A stretch of DNA of 64,000 bases. It comes from a bacterium. GTDB taxonomy: Bacteria > SM23-31. The notes under the pieces are model-generated. The model was not told the DNA's origin, did no database searches, and saw only the letters and a list, made by a program, of their open reading frames with translations. Shown in pieces: positions 1 to 11,303 of this stretch. The stretch covers positions 1,984,001 through 2,048,000 of the forward strand of contig OZ252239.1 of NCBI GenBank assembly GCA_965249485.1. Reading direction: 5' to 3'. The translations under genes were made by a program, and so were the position numbers. Position 1 is the stretch's first letter; every line of letters begins with the position of its first letter.

Positions 1-429
1 ATTGACCAAGAACTTACCGGTCTGACTGTCACGAAAGAAATATTTACGAAAACATTGGAAACAAATTTATATGGCCCCTTGTTTTTATGTCAGGTCGTTA
101 TTCCGCTCATGAAACAAAATAATTTCGGCCGAATTGTGAATTTGTCAAGCGATTTAGGTGCTTTGCATAAAATAGGAGCCGGATATCCAGCTTACCGGGT
201 TTCAAAAACTGCCCTGAACGCGGTTACTGCTAACTTAGCAGCTGAGGTCATGGAGCACAATATATTGATTAACGCCGTCCATCCGGGTTGGGTTCGGACA
301 GACATGGGCGGTCAGAATGCTGAGCGTTCTATAGAAGAAGGCGCCGATACTGCGGTATGGCTCGCTCTATTACAGGATGATGGTCCGACAGGAGGGTTCT
401 TTTGGGAAAAAAAGCAGTTTCAGTGGTAA
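1..429 (+). CDS. SDR family oxidoreductase (5'-truncated by window edge)
   Basis: Frame open from base 1; IVNLSS, catalytic YRVSK (YxxxK) and NAVHPGWVRTDM motifs of carbonyl-reductase-like SDRs. Confidence 0.9.
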   Translation: MDQELTGLTVTKEIFTKTLETNLYGPLFLCQVVIPLMKQNNFGRIVNLSSDLGALHKIGAGYPAYRVSKTALNAVTANLAAEVMEHNILINAVHPGWVRTDMGGQNAERSIEEGADTAVWLALLQDDGPTGGFFWEKKQFQW

Positions 430-630
430 TGTATATAGATTAAAAAGTGGTACATTATCTATAAATATTTCTTATATTGTAGCAGTTATAAAGAATTTCA
501 GGCTGCACTGGAAATTACATATCCTATACAGTAAAACTATTGCAGTTTCCTCAATTTTTGTGTATCTGCGCAGGTACTCCCGTCATGCAAATCTATAGCT
601 ATTTACATTATTTTTATATACGAGGTAGAT

Positions 631-1659
631 ATGAACTATAAATTATTTGGAAAAAGCGGTCTTCGTGTTTCTGAAATATGTTTTGGAACCATGACTTTCG
701 GAGAAGAATGGGGATGGGGAGCATCGAAAAATGAGAGTCGGAAAATGTTCGATCTGTATGCCGAATCCGGCGGAAATTTTCTCGATACTGCTAATAAATA
801 CACCAACGGTACCAGTGAAAAATTTGTAGGAGAATTTATTATTCCCGAACGGGAGCATTATGTTCTTGCGACAAAGTATTCATTGAGTATGCGCGACGGC
901 GATCCGAATGCTTCCGGTAACCACCGAAAAAATATGGTACAGTCTCTTGAAGCGAGCCTGAAACGGCTTAAAACCGATTATATTGATCTGTACTGGCTCC
1001 ATGCGTGGGATTTCATGACACCGGTCGAAGAGGTGATGCGCGCGCTTGATGACATGGTGAGAGCCGGGAAAATTCTCTATATCGGAATATCCGACACACC
1101 TGCATGGATTGTTTCCAGAGCAAACATGTTAGCAGACCTACAAGGATGGACACCTTTTGTCGGGCTGCAAATTGAATTCAGTCTTGTTGAGCGTACTGTT
1201 GAACGGGAATTCATGCCTATGGCACGTGCACTCGATTTAGCGGTCACCCCCTGGTCGGTACTCGGTGGTGGGGTCTTGAGTGGCAAATATAATGTCTCAA
1301 AAAAACCTGATGCAAAGCGGGATGCTGACAAAAGAATAAATGAGAAGAATAAAAAAATTGCAGAGTCTGTATGTGGAATAGCTGACCAGATCGGCCGGAC
1401 ACCGTCACAAGTTGCAATTAATTGGGTAAGGCGTCAACCGGGAAATATTATTCCCATCCTTGGTGCAAGGACAGAACAACAGCTCAAAGATAATCTTGGC
1501 TGTCTTGATTTCGAATTGTCTGATGAGCAGAATACAACGCTTTGCGAAGCAAGTCAGATCGAATTAGGATTTCCCTATGATTTTATGTCCAGAGATGCGA
1601 TTAAAAATTTGATGTATGGAGGCACCTACGACACAATTGATAATCACAGAAACGGTTAA
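631..1659 (+). CDS. Aldo/keto reductase
   Basis: SGLRVSEICFGTM, FLDTANKY, LATKY, SLKRLKTDYIDLYWLH motifs; RBS gaggt. Confidence 0.95.
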   Translation: MNYKLFGKSGLRVSEICFGTMTFGEEWGWGASKNESRKMFDLYAESGGNFLDTANKYTNGTSEKFVGEFIIPEREHYVLATKYSLSMRDGDPNASGNHRKNMVQSLEASLKRLKTDYIDLYWLHAWDFMTPVEEVMRALDDMVRAGKILYIGISDTPAWIVSRANMLADLQGWTPFVGLQIEFSLVERTVEREFMPMARALDLAVTPWSVLGGGVLSGKYNVSKKPDAKRDADKRINEKNKKIAESVCGIADQIGRTPSQVAINWVRRQPGNIIPILGARTEQQLKDNLGCLDFELSDEQNTTLCEASQIELGFPYDFMSRDAIKNLMYGGTYDTIDNHRNG

Positions 1660-1698
1660 TGTGTACCATGAAAGGTTCAAATATAGATTGAATTTATT

Positions 1699-3462
1699 AT
1701 GACTGAAGCTAAAAAATCTACTAAGAAAAAGATGTCTCTTACGAGTGTCAAGCATGCATTTTTGACCATAGTATGGCCGCGGAGAAAAATTCTCCTTTTA
1801 GGTCTGATTTTGATTATCATCAACAGGTTCGCCGGACTTGTTCTGCCTGGTTCAACGAAATTCCTCATAGATGATGTATTAGTCCGGAAAGATACCGAAC
1901 TTTTGAATCTACTGCTCCTTGCAGTCGGTATCGCCATATTTTTTCAGGCGAGTACATCTTTCTTTTTAACGCGGTTATTGAGTGTGGAAGCACAGCATCT
2001 TATATCGCAGTTGCGTGTTCAGGCACAAAAACAGATTGTCCGCTTACCGATCAAATTTTTCGATAATAGCAAATCGGGTGAGCTTGTCTCCCGCATAATG
2101 ACCGATGTTGAAGGTGTGAGAAACCTTGTTGGCACCGGGCTGGTGCAGTTATTGGGAGGGGTTATTACTGCAATTATTTCATTGATAATTCTGCTCAATA
2201 TCAACGCTATGATGACGGTTTATGTTATAGTACCACTGCTCATTTTTGGAATGGTTTCGATGAAAACATTTGCCTATATCAGGCCGATTTTCCGTGAACG
2301 GAGAAAAATTAATGCCGATGTAACCGGACGTTTGACCGAATCGCTTGGCGGTATCAGGGTTATCAAAGGATTCAATGCCGAAGTACGTGAGGAAAAGGTG
2401 TTCGAACAGGGTGTTGACCGGATTTTTCAAAATGTAAAGAAAACTCTCACTACAACAAGCTTTGTATCCAGCTTGGCCGTTCTGTTAATGGGCATGACCG
2501 GTATTATTATCATGGGATTCGGAGGGAACATGATAATAAATGATGAGATGACTTTCGGAGATTTTGTTGCGTTTACGCTCTACCTCGGATTTCTTATTGC
2601 GCCGATTGTGCAGATGGGTAATATCGGAACACAGATCACCGATGCATTTGCAGGCCTTGACAGAATGGAAGAAATTCTACTGCTCGACAAAGAAAGTGAC
2701 GATCCGGCGCGAAATGTCCTTCTTGATGATATTGAAGGGGATATTATTTTTGATAATGTCTCCTTTGCCTATGAAGAAAACAATATGGTTCTGAAAAACA
2801 TAACTTTTTCAGCTTCGTCAGGAACAGTGACAGCACTCGTGGGATCGTCCGGATCAGGGAAAACCACACTTGCCGGACTTGCAGCGTCATTCCTGACTCC
2901 TGTGGAAGGCACAGTGAAAATAGATGGCCACGATCTTGCCACCATCAACATTGATAATTACCGGAGCAGGTTAGGGGTAGTGCTGCAGGATGAGTTCCTG
3001 TTTGAAGGTACTATTAGGGAAAATATACTTTTCGGTAGGCCGGATGCTTCCGAAGAGAAGCTTCTTGATGCTGTTAAATCCGCACACGTTAAAGAATTTA
3101 CCGATAGATTTGATGCTGGTCTCGACACATTGATCGGAGAGCGGGGAGTGAAATTATCGGGGGGACAGCGGCAGCGTGTAGCAATAGCGCGGGCTATTCT
3201 TGCCGATCCCCGTGTTTTGATTCTCGATGAAGCGACATCAAACCTTGACACTGAAAGCGAACTCTTTATTCAGGAGAGTCTTGCACACCTGATGAAGGGG
3301 AGAACTACAATCGTAATAGCTCACCGCTTGAGTACGATAAAGCAGGCAGATCAGATTCTGGTCGTTGAAGACGGCTCGATTGTCGAATGCGGCAATCACG
3401 AATCACTCCTTCAGAAGGAGGGGAGGTATCACACACTTTATAATTATCAGATTAAAATTTAA
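1699..3462 (+). CDS. ABC exporter, fused permease/ATP-binding (MsbA/ABCB-like)
   Basis: N-terminal TM domain; Walker A GSSGSGKT, LSGGQ signature, ILDEAT, IAHR. Confidence 0.95.
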   Translation: MTEAKKSTKKKMSLTSVKHAFLTIVWPRRKILLLGLILIIINRFAGLVLPGSTKFLIDDVLVRKDTELLNLLLLAVGIAIFFQASTSFFLTRLLSVEAQHLISQLRVQAQKQIVRLPIKFFDNSKSGELVSRIMTDVEGVRNLVGTGLVQLLGGVITAIISLIILLNINAMMTVYVIVPLLIFGMVSMKTFAYIRPIFRERRKINADVTGRLTESLGGIRVIKGFNAEVREEKVFEQGVDRIFQNVKKTLTTTSFVSSLAVLLMGMTGIIIMGFGGNMIINDEMTFGDFVAFTLYLGFLIAPIVQMGNIGTQITDAFAGLDRMEEILLLDKESDDPARNVLLDDIEGDIIFDNVSFAYEENNMVLKNITFSASSGTVTALVGSSGSGKTTLAGLAASFLTPVEGTVKIDGHDLATINIDNYRSRLGVVLQDEFLFEGTIRENILFGRPDASEEKLLDAVKSAHVKEFTDRFDAGLDTLIGERGVKLSGGQRQRVAIARAILADPRVLILDEATSNLDTESELFIQESLAHLMKGRTTIVIAHRLSTIKQADQILVVEDGSIVECGNHESLLQKEGRYHTLYNYQIKI

Positions 3463-3489
3463 CTTTGATATTAAAAATGAAAAATGGGA

Positions 3490-3612
3490 AGATTGCTCCA
3501 CTTCATCTCAATATTAAATTCAAATCGAGAATTCGGTCGAAATGACATGTTATGATTTTATATAGTATAGATTCTTATCGTCATTGCGAGGGGCGAAGCG
3601 ATGTGGCAATCT
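3490..3612. repeat. REP-like extragenic palindromic element
   Basis: Nested inverted motifs agattgc (3490-96)/gcaatct (3606-12) and tcgaaatgac (3537-46)/gtcattgcga (3580-89); gtcattgcgag...gcaatct resembles widespread intergenic repeat families. Confidence 0.55.
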
Positions 3613-3769
3613 CTCTATACTGAGATGAATAAAAGCTTCAATGATGGTATATTAGGTACGGTAGAATTAGAACACCGGAAAACTCAACACCGACGACATT
3701 CGAAGAATTTGCACAGATATTTGCAGCCGTATACTCATAGTAATATAAAATCCGGATAAACTCAAAACT

Positions 3770-4981
3770 ATGTTGCTCTTTCTTTTACTTGCATTTCTTG
3801 TCCTTGCTGGAATGTACGGATATGTCGGTTGGCGTCTATTGAAACCGGCACAAATTCCATACCGGTGGAAGATAGCAACATGGTCCGTGTTCGTATTATT
3901 GGCAATTCTGGCACCGATGCCAATATTATTGCGATCATTCCAAATTGAAAACAGTTTGTCGGACATTTTAACCTGGCCGGCATATTTCGGAATTGGAATA
4001 GTACTCTTCCTCTTTACTCTGTTAATTTTGCGGGATACTGTTTTGTTCGTCGTCAAATTTGCGTTGCGATTAATAAAAGCTGTATCGTGGAAACAAACTG
4101 AGAATACAATAAATAAATCGTATGATCAGGAAAGACGCCAATTCTTAGAAAATTCAGTGAATGTCGGATTTCTTGGCGTGACCGGGATTTTAACAGGTTA
4201 TGGTTTTGTTGAGGCAAAACGGACACCATCAGTAGTAAACGTTGAAGTGCCTATCGCTCATTTACCTCAGGAACTCAACGGATTCCGCATTGTCCAATTT
4301 ACCGATATTCATGTGAGTCCCACGATTAAACGTGGCTGGATCAGCATGGTTGTTAACGAAGTGAACAACCTCAATGGCGATCTGATTGCTTTTACTGGAG
4401 ATTGTGTTGACGGATCGGTACGACGTCTGAAAAGTGATGTTGCACCGCTTGCAGATTTACATGCGCCTTATGGTAATTTTTTTGTTACCGGGAATCATGA
4501 GTATTATTCGGGGGTTGAAGAATGGATTAAAGAAATAGACCGACTTGGATTCAGGGTTCTACTCAATGAACATACCGTGATTTCCTACAATAATGCATCA
4601 ATACTTCTCGCGGGAGTTACCGACTTCAATGGTGGTCAGTATATCCCCAGCCACAAATCTGATCCGCTCCAGGCTTTGCTTGGAGCGCCTGAATGCGATG
4701 TGAAAATTCTCCTTGCACATCAACCGAAATCTATTTATGCTGCCGCAGACGCCGGGTATGATCTACAAATATCAGGCCATACACACGGCGGTCAGTTTTA
4801 TCCATGGAATTTTGCCGTCAGGTTTGCACAACCATACATCTCTGGTCTGCATCTTAATGATAAAACGTGGATATATGTAAGCAGGGGCACGGGATACTGG
4901 GGTCCGCCGATGAGAGTAGGAGCTCCCTCGGAGATAACAGTTTTGACATTACGATCTCAATCTGACATTCTGCCGTTATAA
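3770..4981 (+). CDS. Membrane metallophosphoesterase (YkuE/YaeI-like)
   Basis: N-terminal TM helices; TDIH, GDCVD, GNHE, LAHQP, GHTHGG calcineurin-like motifs. Confidence 0.93.
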   Translation: MLLFLLLAFLVLAGMYGYVGWRLLKPAQIPYRWKIATWSVFVLLAILAPMPILLRSFQIENSLSDILTWPAYFGIGIVLFLFTLLILRDTVLFVVKFALRLIKAVSWKQTENTINKSYDQERRQFLENSVNVGFLGVTGILTGYGFVEAKRTPSVVNVEVPIAHLPQELNGFRIVQFTDIHVSPTIKRGWISMVVNEVNNLNGDLIAFTGDCVDGSVRRLKSDVAPLADLHAPYGNFFVTGNHEYYSGVEEWIKEIDRLGFRVLLNEHTVISYNNASILLAGVTDFNGGQYIPSHKSDPLQALLGAPECDVKILLAHQPKSIYAAADAGYDLQISGHTHGGQFYPWNFAVRFAQPYISGLHLNDKTWIYVSRGTGYWGPPMRVGAPSEITVLTLRSQSDILPL

Positions 4982-5013
4982 TGTATATAAAAATTACACA
5001 GTCAGGACACATC

Positions 5014-6582
5014 ATGAAATATATTCGATATATTATGGTACTGTTTTGTTTTTCTCCCCTAATAAGTGATTATGCAACTGCACAGGAAAATGTTTACTGG
5101 GATGTGGTACAACAAATCCGTGAAGAAGGTTTTGAGCGGTCTCAGGTGATGGAGACAGCGAGTTACCTCACCGATGTGTTCGGACCCCGTTTAGCCCATT
5201 CTCCTTCGTATAATGCAGCAGCAGAATGGGCAAAGGAGAGATTAGAGGAGTTCGGTCTTGAAAATGTCCATTTTGAAACATGGGGTGAATTCGGTCTCGG
5301 CTGGGAAAACACTTATACGTCGGTTCATATGATTGAGCCGAGGTATATGCCGATCATTGCCTATCCTAATCCATGGACATCGGGAACAAATGGAAAAATT
5401 AGAGCTCCTGTTATGCTTATTGATGTTGGTTCAATGAAATCCGAAGCAGAACTCGAAGATTATCGAAATAATGTACGTAATTCTATCATATTTACCGCAC
5501 CTGAACGGAAAATGGAGCTCAATTTCACCCCGGATGCCGAGCGGTATTCGAAAGCAGACCTCGATGAGCTTGCGAAAACATTGATTGATACACCGGGAGG
5601 CGGATTCGATACTAATGATTACATCAATCATGAGACCAAATCTCAAACTTTATCCCGGACACGTGTCATGCAGTATCTAAGAGAAGAAGGTGCAGCAGTT
5701 TTTGTGTCACCTGACAATGATGGTGATGATGGAACGGTTTATGTCTACGGTTGGCCTCTCCGCAAACGTGACAGCGCAAAACCACTACCTATGGTGACAA
5801 TTGCAGCAGAGCATTATAATAGAATTGTGCGGATTCTTCAAAAGAACATTCCGGTTGAGATGGAAATCGAAATTAAATCGACGTTTTATGACGAAAATCT
5901 TGAAGATTTTAACGTGATTGCAGAGATTCCCGGCACTGACCTTGCTGATGAGTTGGTAATTCTCGGCGGTCATTTTGATGCGACTTCTACCGGAACTGGT
6001 GCGACTGATAATGGCGCCGGAAGCTCGGTGGTTATCGAAGCGGTCAGGATATTAAAAGAGATCAGTGTGCAACCCCGCAGAACGATCCGTGCGATGTTAT
6101 GGGGGGCAGAAGAATTAGGTGCGTGGGGATCGCGCGGATATGCAGCTAAACACTTCGGGAACAGAAATACTATGGAGTTAAAACCCGACCATGAAAACGT
6201 TTCTGTCTATTTTAATTATGACAACGGCACGGGAAAAATCCGGGGTATCTATCTTCAAAATAATCCCTTGGTCAGACCGATTTTTGATGCATGGATGAAA
6301 CCGTTTCACGATCTTGGAGCGACCCATCTTGCTCCAGGTAATACAGGCGGCACCGACCATCTCGCATTTGATGAAATCGGACTTCCCGGATTTCAATTTA
6401 TTCAGGATCCACTGGAATACGATTCAAGAACACACCACTCAAATATGGATGTCTTTGACCGGCTTTCAGCAGAAGACCTCATGCAGGCATCGGTTGTGAT
6501 GGCAAGCTTTGTATACCATGCATCTATGCGGGATGAAAAACTTCCGAGAAAATCTCTTCCTGAGCCAAGAATCAGAAATTAA
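5014..6582 (+). CDS. Secreted M28 metallopeptidase (carboxypeptidase Q-like), paralog 1
   Basis: Signal peptide; GGHFD, TDNGAG, GAEE, YDNG, TDH, THHSNMD; start taken at ATG 5014. Confidence 0.9.
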   Translation: MKYIRYIMVLFCFSPLISDYATAQENVYWDVVQQIREEGFERSQVMETASYLTDVFGPRLAHSPSYNAAAEWAKERLEEFGLENVHFETWGEFGLGWENTYTSVHMIEPRYMPIIAYPNPWTSGTNGKIRAPVMLIDVGSMKSEAELEDYRNNVRNSIIFTAPERKMELNFTPDAERYSKADLDELAKTLIDTPGGGFDTNDYINHETKSQTLSRTRVMQYLREEGAAVFVSPDNDGDDGTVYVYGWPLRKRDSAKPLPMVTIAAEHYNRIVRILQKNIPVEMEIEIKSTFYDENLEDFNVIAEIPGTDLADELVILGGHFDATSTGTGATDNGAGSSVVIEAVRILKEISVQPRRTIRAMLWGAEELGAWGSRGYAAKHFGNRNTMELKPDHENVSVYFNYDNGTGKIRGIYLQNNPLVRPIFDAWMKPFHDLGATHLAPGNTGGTDHLAFDEIGLPGFQFIQDPLEYDSRTHHSNMDVFDRLSAEDLMQASVVMASFVYHASMRDEKLPRKSLPEPRIRN

Positions 6583-6776
6583 ATAGCCTAATAAAAAATA
6601 ATTATTTTCAATTGCGATCTTTATTGTCGGCACGTTCTGCTTAACAATGATTTTCAACATCAAGCTGACAAAGTGCTTGAAAATAGCATATATGGATACC
6701 TATATTGAGACAATCTTCAAACGCATCACACGAAACCATATCTATTTCATTCATTATAAATCGTAAGAGGTTGATC

Positions 6777-8373
6777 ATGAACACCATGCGTGCATGTATT
6801 CTATCTATAATTATCATATCCTTCATTTCAACAACCATTAAAGCACAGGAACCTGTTTATTGGGATGTCGTACAGCAGATTAGGGAAGAAGGTTTTGAAC
6901 GTTCAGAGGTGATGGAAACGGCCAGTTATCTCACCGACGTTTTTGGTCCTCGTCTTGCTCACTCTCCATCCTACCTATGACGCATTGGACTGGGCGCAGG
7001 AGCGGCTGAAAGACTACGGGCTGAAAAATGTTAAAAAAGAGCCGTGGGGAGAATTCGGTCTCGGTTGGGAGAACCAATACACATCAGTCCACATAATCAA
7101 ACCGCGATATATGCCGGTAATTGCTTATCCGAATGCGTGGTCGTCCGGTACTGACGGGAAAGTGAAGGGGCGGGTTGTTTATGTAAATTTTCAGGAATTG
7201 AAGAGTGAGAACGATTTGCGCCGCTACCGGGGAAAAGTAAAAGGTGCAGTAATATTTCTCGTACCGGAAATTCCTCTTTCACAGAATTTCGATCCCGATG
7301 CTGTCCGTTTTTCACAAGAAGACCTCGACAAACGCTCACAGACAGTTATAGAGGTTCCCAGTGATGATCAGGAAATGCTCGAATTTGATATTGATATAGA
7401 AAGTGAAGGGCTTACTTTTGAAGATATTATGGAATATCTAGCCTCCGAAGGTGCTGCTGTGTTTGCATTTCCGGATTGGCAGGAGGGCGATGATGGAACC
7501 GTATACGTGTATGGCGAATTAGCCAGGTCAGAAGATGAAATTGTTCCCTATCCTGCAATTACTATGGCTGCCGAACACTATAACCGTATTATGAGGATAC
7601 TTGAAAAAGATATTCCTGTTGAAATGGAAATTGAAATTCGAACATCATTCACCACAAACACGGTTGATCACAATATCGTCGCGGAAATACCGGGTACAGA
7701 TCTTTCTGATGAACTGGTAATGCTTGGTGGTCATTTCGATGCAACATCAGCAGGGACCGGTGCCACTGACAATGGTGCCGGTAGTTCGATTGTTATTGAA
7801 GCTGTACGGATATTGAAAGCGATCGGGATTAAACCACGGCGAACTATTCGTGCCGCACTCTGGAGAGTGGAGGAAGAGGGGCTGCTTGGTTCAATCGGCT
7901 ATGTGCAAAACCATTTCGGCGATCCGCTCAGTGGTAAATTCACTGATGAGCAGGAAAAGGTTGCGGCTTATTTCAATATGGATAACGGAACCGGACGATT
8001 CCGCGGTGTTTATTTACAGGGAAATGAGCTTGTCCGACCGATTTTCACAGAGTGGATGAAACCGTTTCATGATCTCGGTATGCGCCATTTGTGGCCGGAA
8101 TTTACTGGCGGTACCGATCATCTTTCGTTCAATGCTGTAGGTCTTCCCGGATTTCAGTTCATTCAGGATGAAGTAGAATACGGCAGCAGAACCCATCATT
8201 CAAATATGGATGTATACGACAGGCTCGTACCGGAAGACATGATGCAGGCCGCTGTGATCATGGCAAGTTTCGTGTATCATGCAGCAATGCGCGATGAAAA
8301 ACTTCCTCATTCCGACAAACAGACCGAATGGAGTGCAAATGTGATTAAAAGGATACTAGGCAGAAACCAATAG
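6777..8373 (+). pseudogene. M28 metallopeptidase paralog 2, frameshifted near 6975-6978
   Basis: N-terminus (QEPVYWDVVQQIREEG...SPSY) and remainder (DALDWAQ...GGHFD...THHSNMD) are in different frames; one extra base in ctat 6975-78; may be a sequencing error. Confidence 0.8.
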
Positions 8374-8415
8374 TCTAAGGTTTTATTCATAATCGATACA
8401 CAAGAAGGGATTTTC

Positions 8416-9957
8416 ATGACCATAAAATCTGTGTTTTTGTACTGTGCAGTATTGATCTGTCTGCTTCCTTCAACACTAATTGCTCAGGAAAAAATTGACT
8501 GGGATGCTGTAACAAAAATTCGTGACGAAGGATTCAACCGGTCGCAGGTAATGGAAATTGCTCAGCACATTACCGATGTGCTTGGTCCTCGTCTCAGCGG
8601 ATCACCCTCGATGCGAAATGCGCAAATGTGGGCGCTTGGGCAACTCGATGACTGGGGACTTAAAAACACGAATCTTGAACCGTGGGGTGAATTCGGAATG
8701 GGGTGGAGCAATGATTTTGTCTCGCTCCATATGACGAAACCGCAGTATATGCGGGTCATCGGATATCCGAAGGCATGGACATCTGGTACCGATGGTACGG
8801 TGAATGGAAACATTAAGATTGCACACATCCGAACTCGGGAAGATTTGGAAAAATTTCGCGGATCACTACATGCTGCTGTTGTGTTAACTGTCCCCATTCG
8901 TGAAGTAGAAATCGGATTCACGGCTGATGCATGGCGGTACTCTGATGAACAGTTACAGGAAATGTCGCGGTTTAGCCCGCAAATTGACGAGGATACACCA
9001 GCAGTACGGAATGATGATCAACAGGATTTGTTGTCTAATAGTGAAATCAGGGATTTTTTCCGTTCGGAAGAAGCTCATGCGCTACTTGATCCGGGAACGA
9101 GGGGAAATGACGGTACTGTATTCGTATCGAGTCCGAGAAGAATATCACGCAGCCCTGAAAACCCAAGAGCAATTCCCGAAATTACACTTACACCTGAACA
9201 CTACAACAGGCTTTTCAGATTAGTTGAAACGGGTATTGAAGTGGAGTTTTCACTGAATTTACAAAACACATTTTATACCGACGATCTGCAGGAATATAAT
9301 GTAATCGGTGAAATTCCGGGGACTGATCTTGCTGAAGAGCTGGTTATGGTAGGTGGACATTTCGATTCGTGGCACTCAGGAACGGGGGCAACCGATAACG
9401 GTGCCGGGACAGCTGTCGCATTGGAAGCTGTCAGAATATTAAAAGCCATAGGAGTACAGCCTAGGAGGACTATTCGGATTGCACTGTGGAGCGGTGAAGA
9501 ACAGGGACTCCTCGGTTCGCGGGCATACGTAGCTAACCATTTTGGAACGTACTCCAATCCCAAATCAGATTATGATAAATTCTCGGCATATTATCAGCAC
9601 GACTCCGGGACAGGAAGTATCAGGGGAATTGCCATACAAATGACGCCTGAACTCATTCCAATTTTCACAGAGTGGATGCGGCCGTTTCATGATATCGGAA
9701 TGACAGCACTAACAGGCCACAACTCCATTTCGCGCGGCGGTTCAGACCATGTTCCCTATGTTCAGGCCGGACTCAATGGATTTTCGTTCCTGCAGGACAG
9801 GATACAATACAGTACAAAGACTCACCACTCGAATATGGATGTTTTCGATAATCTTGTTGTAGAGGATTTGATGAAGAATGCAGTAATAACGGCGAGTTTT
9901 CTCTATCATACCGCTATGCGGGACGAGCTCCTTCCCCGAAGGAATATTGAAGAGTAG
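8416..9957 (+). CDS. Secreted M28 metallopeptidase, paralog 3
   Basis: Signal peptide; GGHFDSW, TDNGAG, WSGEEQGL, SDH, THHSNMD. Confidence 0.92.
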   Translation: MTIKSVFLYCAVLICLLPSTLIAQEKIDWDAVTKIRDEGFNRSQVMEIAQHITDVLGPRLSGSPSMRNAQMWALGQLDDWGLKNTNLEPWGEFGMGWSNDFVSLHMTKPQYMRVIGYPKAWTSGTDGTVNGNIKIAHIRTREDLEKFRGSLHAAVVLTVPIREVEIGFTADAWRYSDEQLQEMSRFSPQIDEDTPAVRNDDQQDLLSNSEIRDFFRSEEAHALLDPGTRGNDGTVFVSSPRRISRSPENPRAIPEITLTPEHYNRLFRLVETGIEVEFSLNLQNTFYTDDLQEYNVIGEIPGTDLAEELVMVGGHFDSWHSGTGATDNGAGTAVALEAVRILKAIGVQPRRTIRIALWSGEEQGLLGSRAYVANHFGTYSNPKSDYDKFSAYYQHDSGTGSIRGIAIQMTPELIPIFTEWMRPFHDIGMTALTGHNSISRGGSDHVPYVQAGLNGFSFLQDRIQYSTKTHHSNMDVFDNLVVEDLMKNAVITASFLYHTAMRDELLPRRNIEE

Positions 9958-9988
9958 AATTCTATTCGATTATAATTTAAGGATAATA

Positions 9989-10031
9989 TAAAATGCAGAT
10001 GCCTCCCGGAGAAGGAGGTATCTGCATTTTA
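9989..10031. terminator. Bidirectional rho-independent terminator
   Basis: taaaatgcagatgcctcc / ggaggtatctgcatttta stem between convergent genes. Confidence 0.85.
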
Positions 10032-10043
10032 AGTAGGTGTAGT

Positions 10044-11303
10044 TTATTGAATGACCGGTTCGACAATCTTGCCCATAAAAAGGGTGGTATTTGAATATTT
10101 TTCCCTGATCATGAAGATAAACGGTCTGTCGATTTTGAGCTCAATTTGCTGTGGAGCAGATGTAATTCCTATACCGACTGACGTTGCAGCAGCGGCTTCG
10201 GTTCCTTCTTCATTGACATCGATAAAAGTGCTGTGTTTGACTTCATCGATATATAAATCTTGAAGAGGATTGATTTTTGCAAAATTCGCCTCTCCAGCTA
10301 AAAAGGCAACTTCCATTCCCAGTGCTTTTAATACTTCGTTTAATGATTTTTTGTATTCGAATTTGAATTTTGGCATCGTAAGAATAACATCCTCTTCATG
10401 GAGTCCATCAATCCACTCCTGAAGCTTTTCGGATTCTATCTGGGAAATCAATGAATTAATATCGACATCTTCATCAGGAAGTACAATTGTCATACTGAAT
10501 GCTTGTCCGCCGTACGGTAAATTGACAACTTGAACATCGGTACCTGAGTAGTAACCAAAGCGATGCTGCTGAAACATCATTGGTATAGATTTCACACTAC
10601 CATCGAGGAGATAAAAATTGTCATCGACCGTGTCCTGCACCTTAAATTGGCTTGTCCAATCGCCTTTGAAGAAAATTGCATTGATGAGAAACATTACCAT
10701 ATTGCCATCTATTGAATCAAGCAGTTTCGGGATTTTCCCATTTGTTTTTGTATTGACCCACTCATTAATCGTAGAAGGTGCTTCGGGCCCTTGGAGTTCA
10801 AGCGTTGCTACTTCAGCATCAAAATAGGTCCTGTTGATATCAATAAAAGTATTTTCAACACTGAAAAAATCATCAATCCAGATCGAGTTTCCGATCTGGA
10901 ATTCAATTTTATCGTCAAGTGTAAGCAGAAGATTTGTAATATGGCGATATGATTCATTAATCTCTGCATAAGATAAGTCACCGTATTGCAAGACTGATCT
11001 CATTACTTCTTCTGTTGTCCCGGAAGCGCCATTATACGTCATTGCAAGCGCCATTGACACACTGAAGGGTGAAATAAACACGTTGTCTAATTCTTCAGAG
11101 TTGTTTATTTCTTTGAATAAACTGATTCCGAAGTCGTTGGACAACCCTGTAATTTCCTGATCCATTAACGTCAACGGCTCCGGTAGTTCTCGGATTTCTT
11201 TTGGCGGACTGTTTGGATTCGTAACTGAATTCTCACTGCAGGAAAAGAGAATCGATCCGGTCAGAACAAAAACCGAAAGTAAGACAGCTATATGGTGCCG
11301 CAT
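10044..11303 (-). CDS. Serpin family lipoprotein
   Basis: NVFISPFS, INAIFFKGDW, hinge/RCL EEGTEAAAATSVGIGITSAP, DRPFIFMI; lipobox LFSC; start moved to ATG 11303 (RBS ggagg). Confidence 0.93.
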   Translation of the reverse strand: MRHHIAVLLSVFVLTGSILFSCSENSVTNPNSPPKEIRELPEPLTLMDQEITGLSNDFGISLFKEINNSEELDNVFISPFSVSMALAMTYNGASGTTEEVMRSVLQYGDLSYAEINESYRHITNLLLTLDDKIEFQIGNSIWIDDFFSVENTFIDINRTYFDAEVATLELQGPEAPSTINEWVNTKTNGKIPKLLDSIDGNMVMFLINAIFFKGDWTSQFKVQDTVDDNFYLLDGSVKSIPMMFQQHRFGYYSGTDVQVVNLPYGGQAFSMTIVLPDEDVDINSLISQIESEKLQEWIDGLHEEDVILTMPKFKFEYKKSLNEVLKALGMEVAFLAGEANFAKINPLQDLYIDEVKHSTFIDVNEEGTEAAAATSVGIGITSAPQQIELKIDRPFIFMIREKYSNTTLFMGKIVEPVIQ

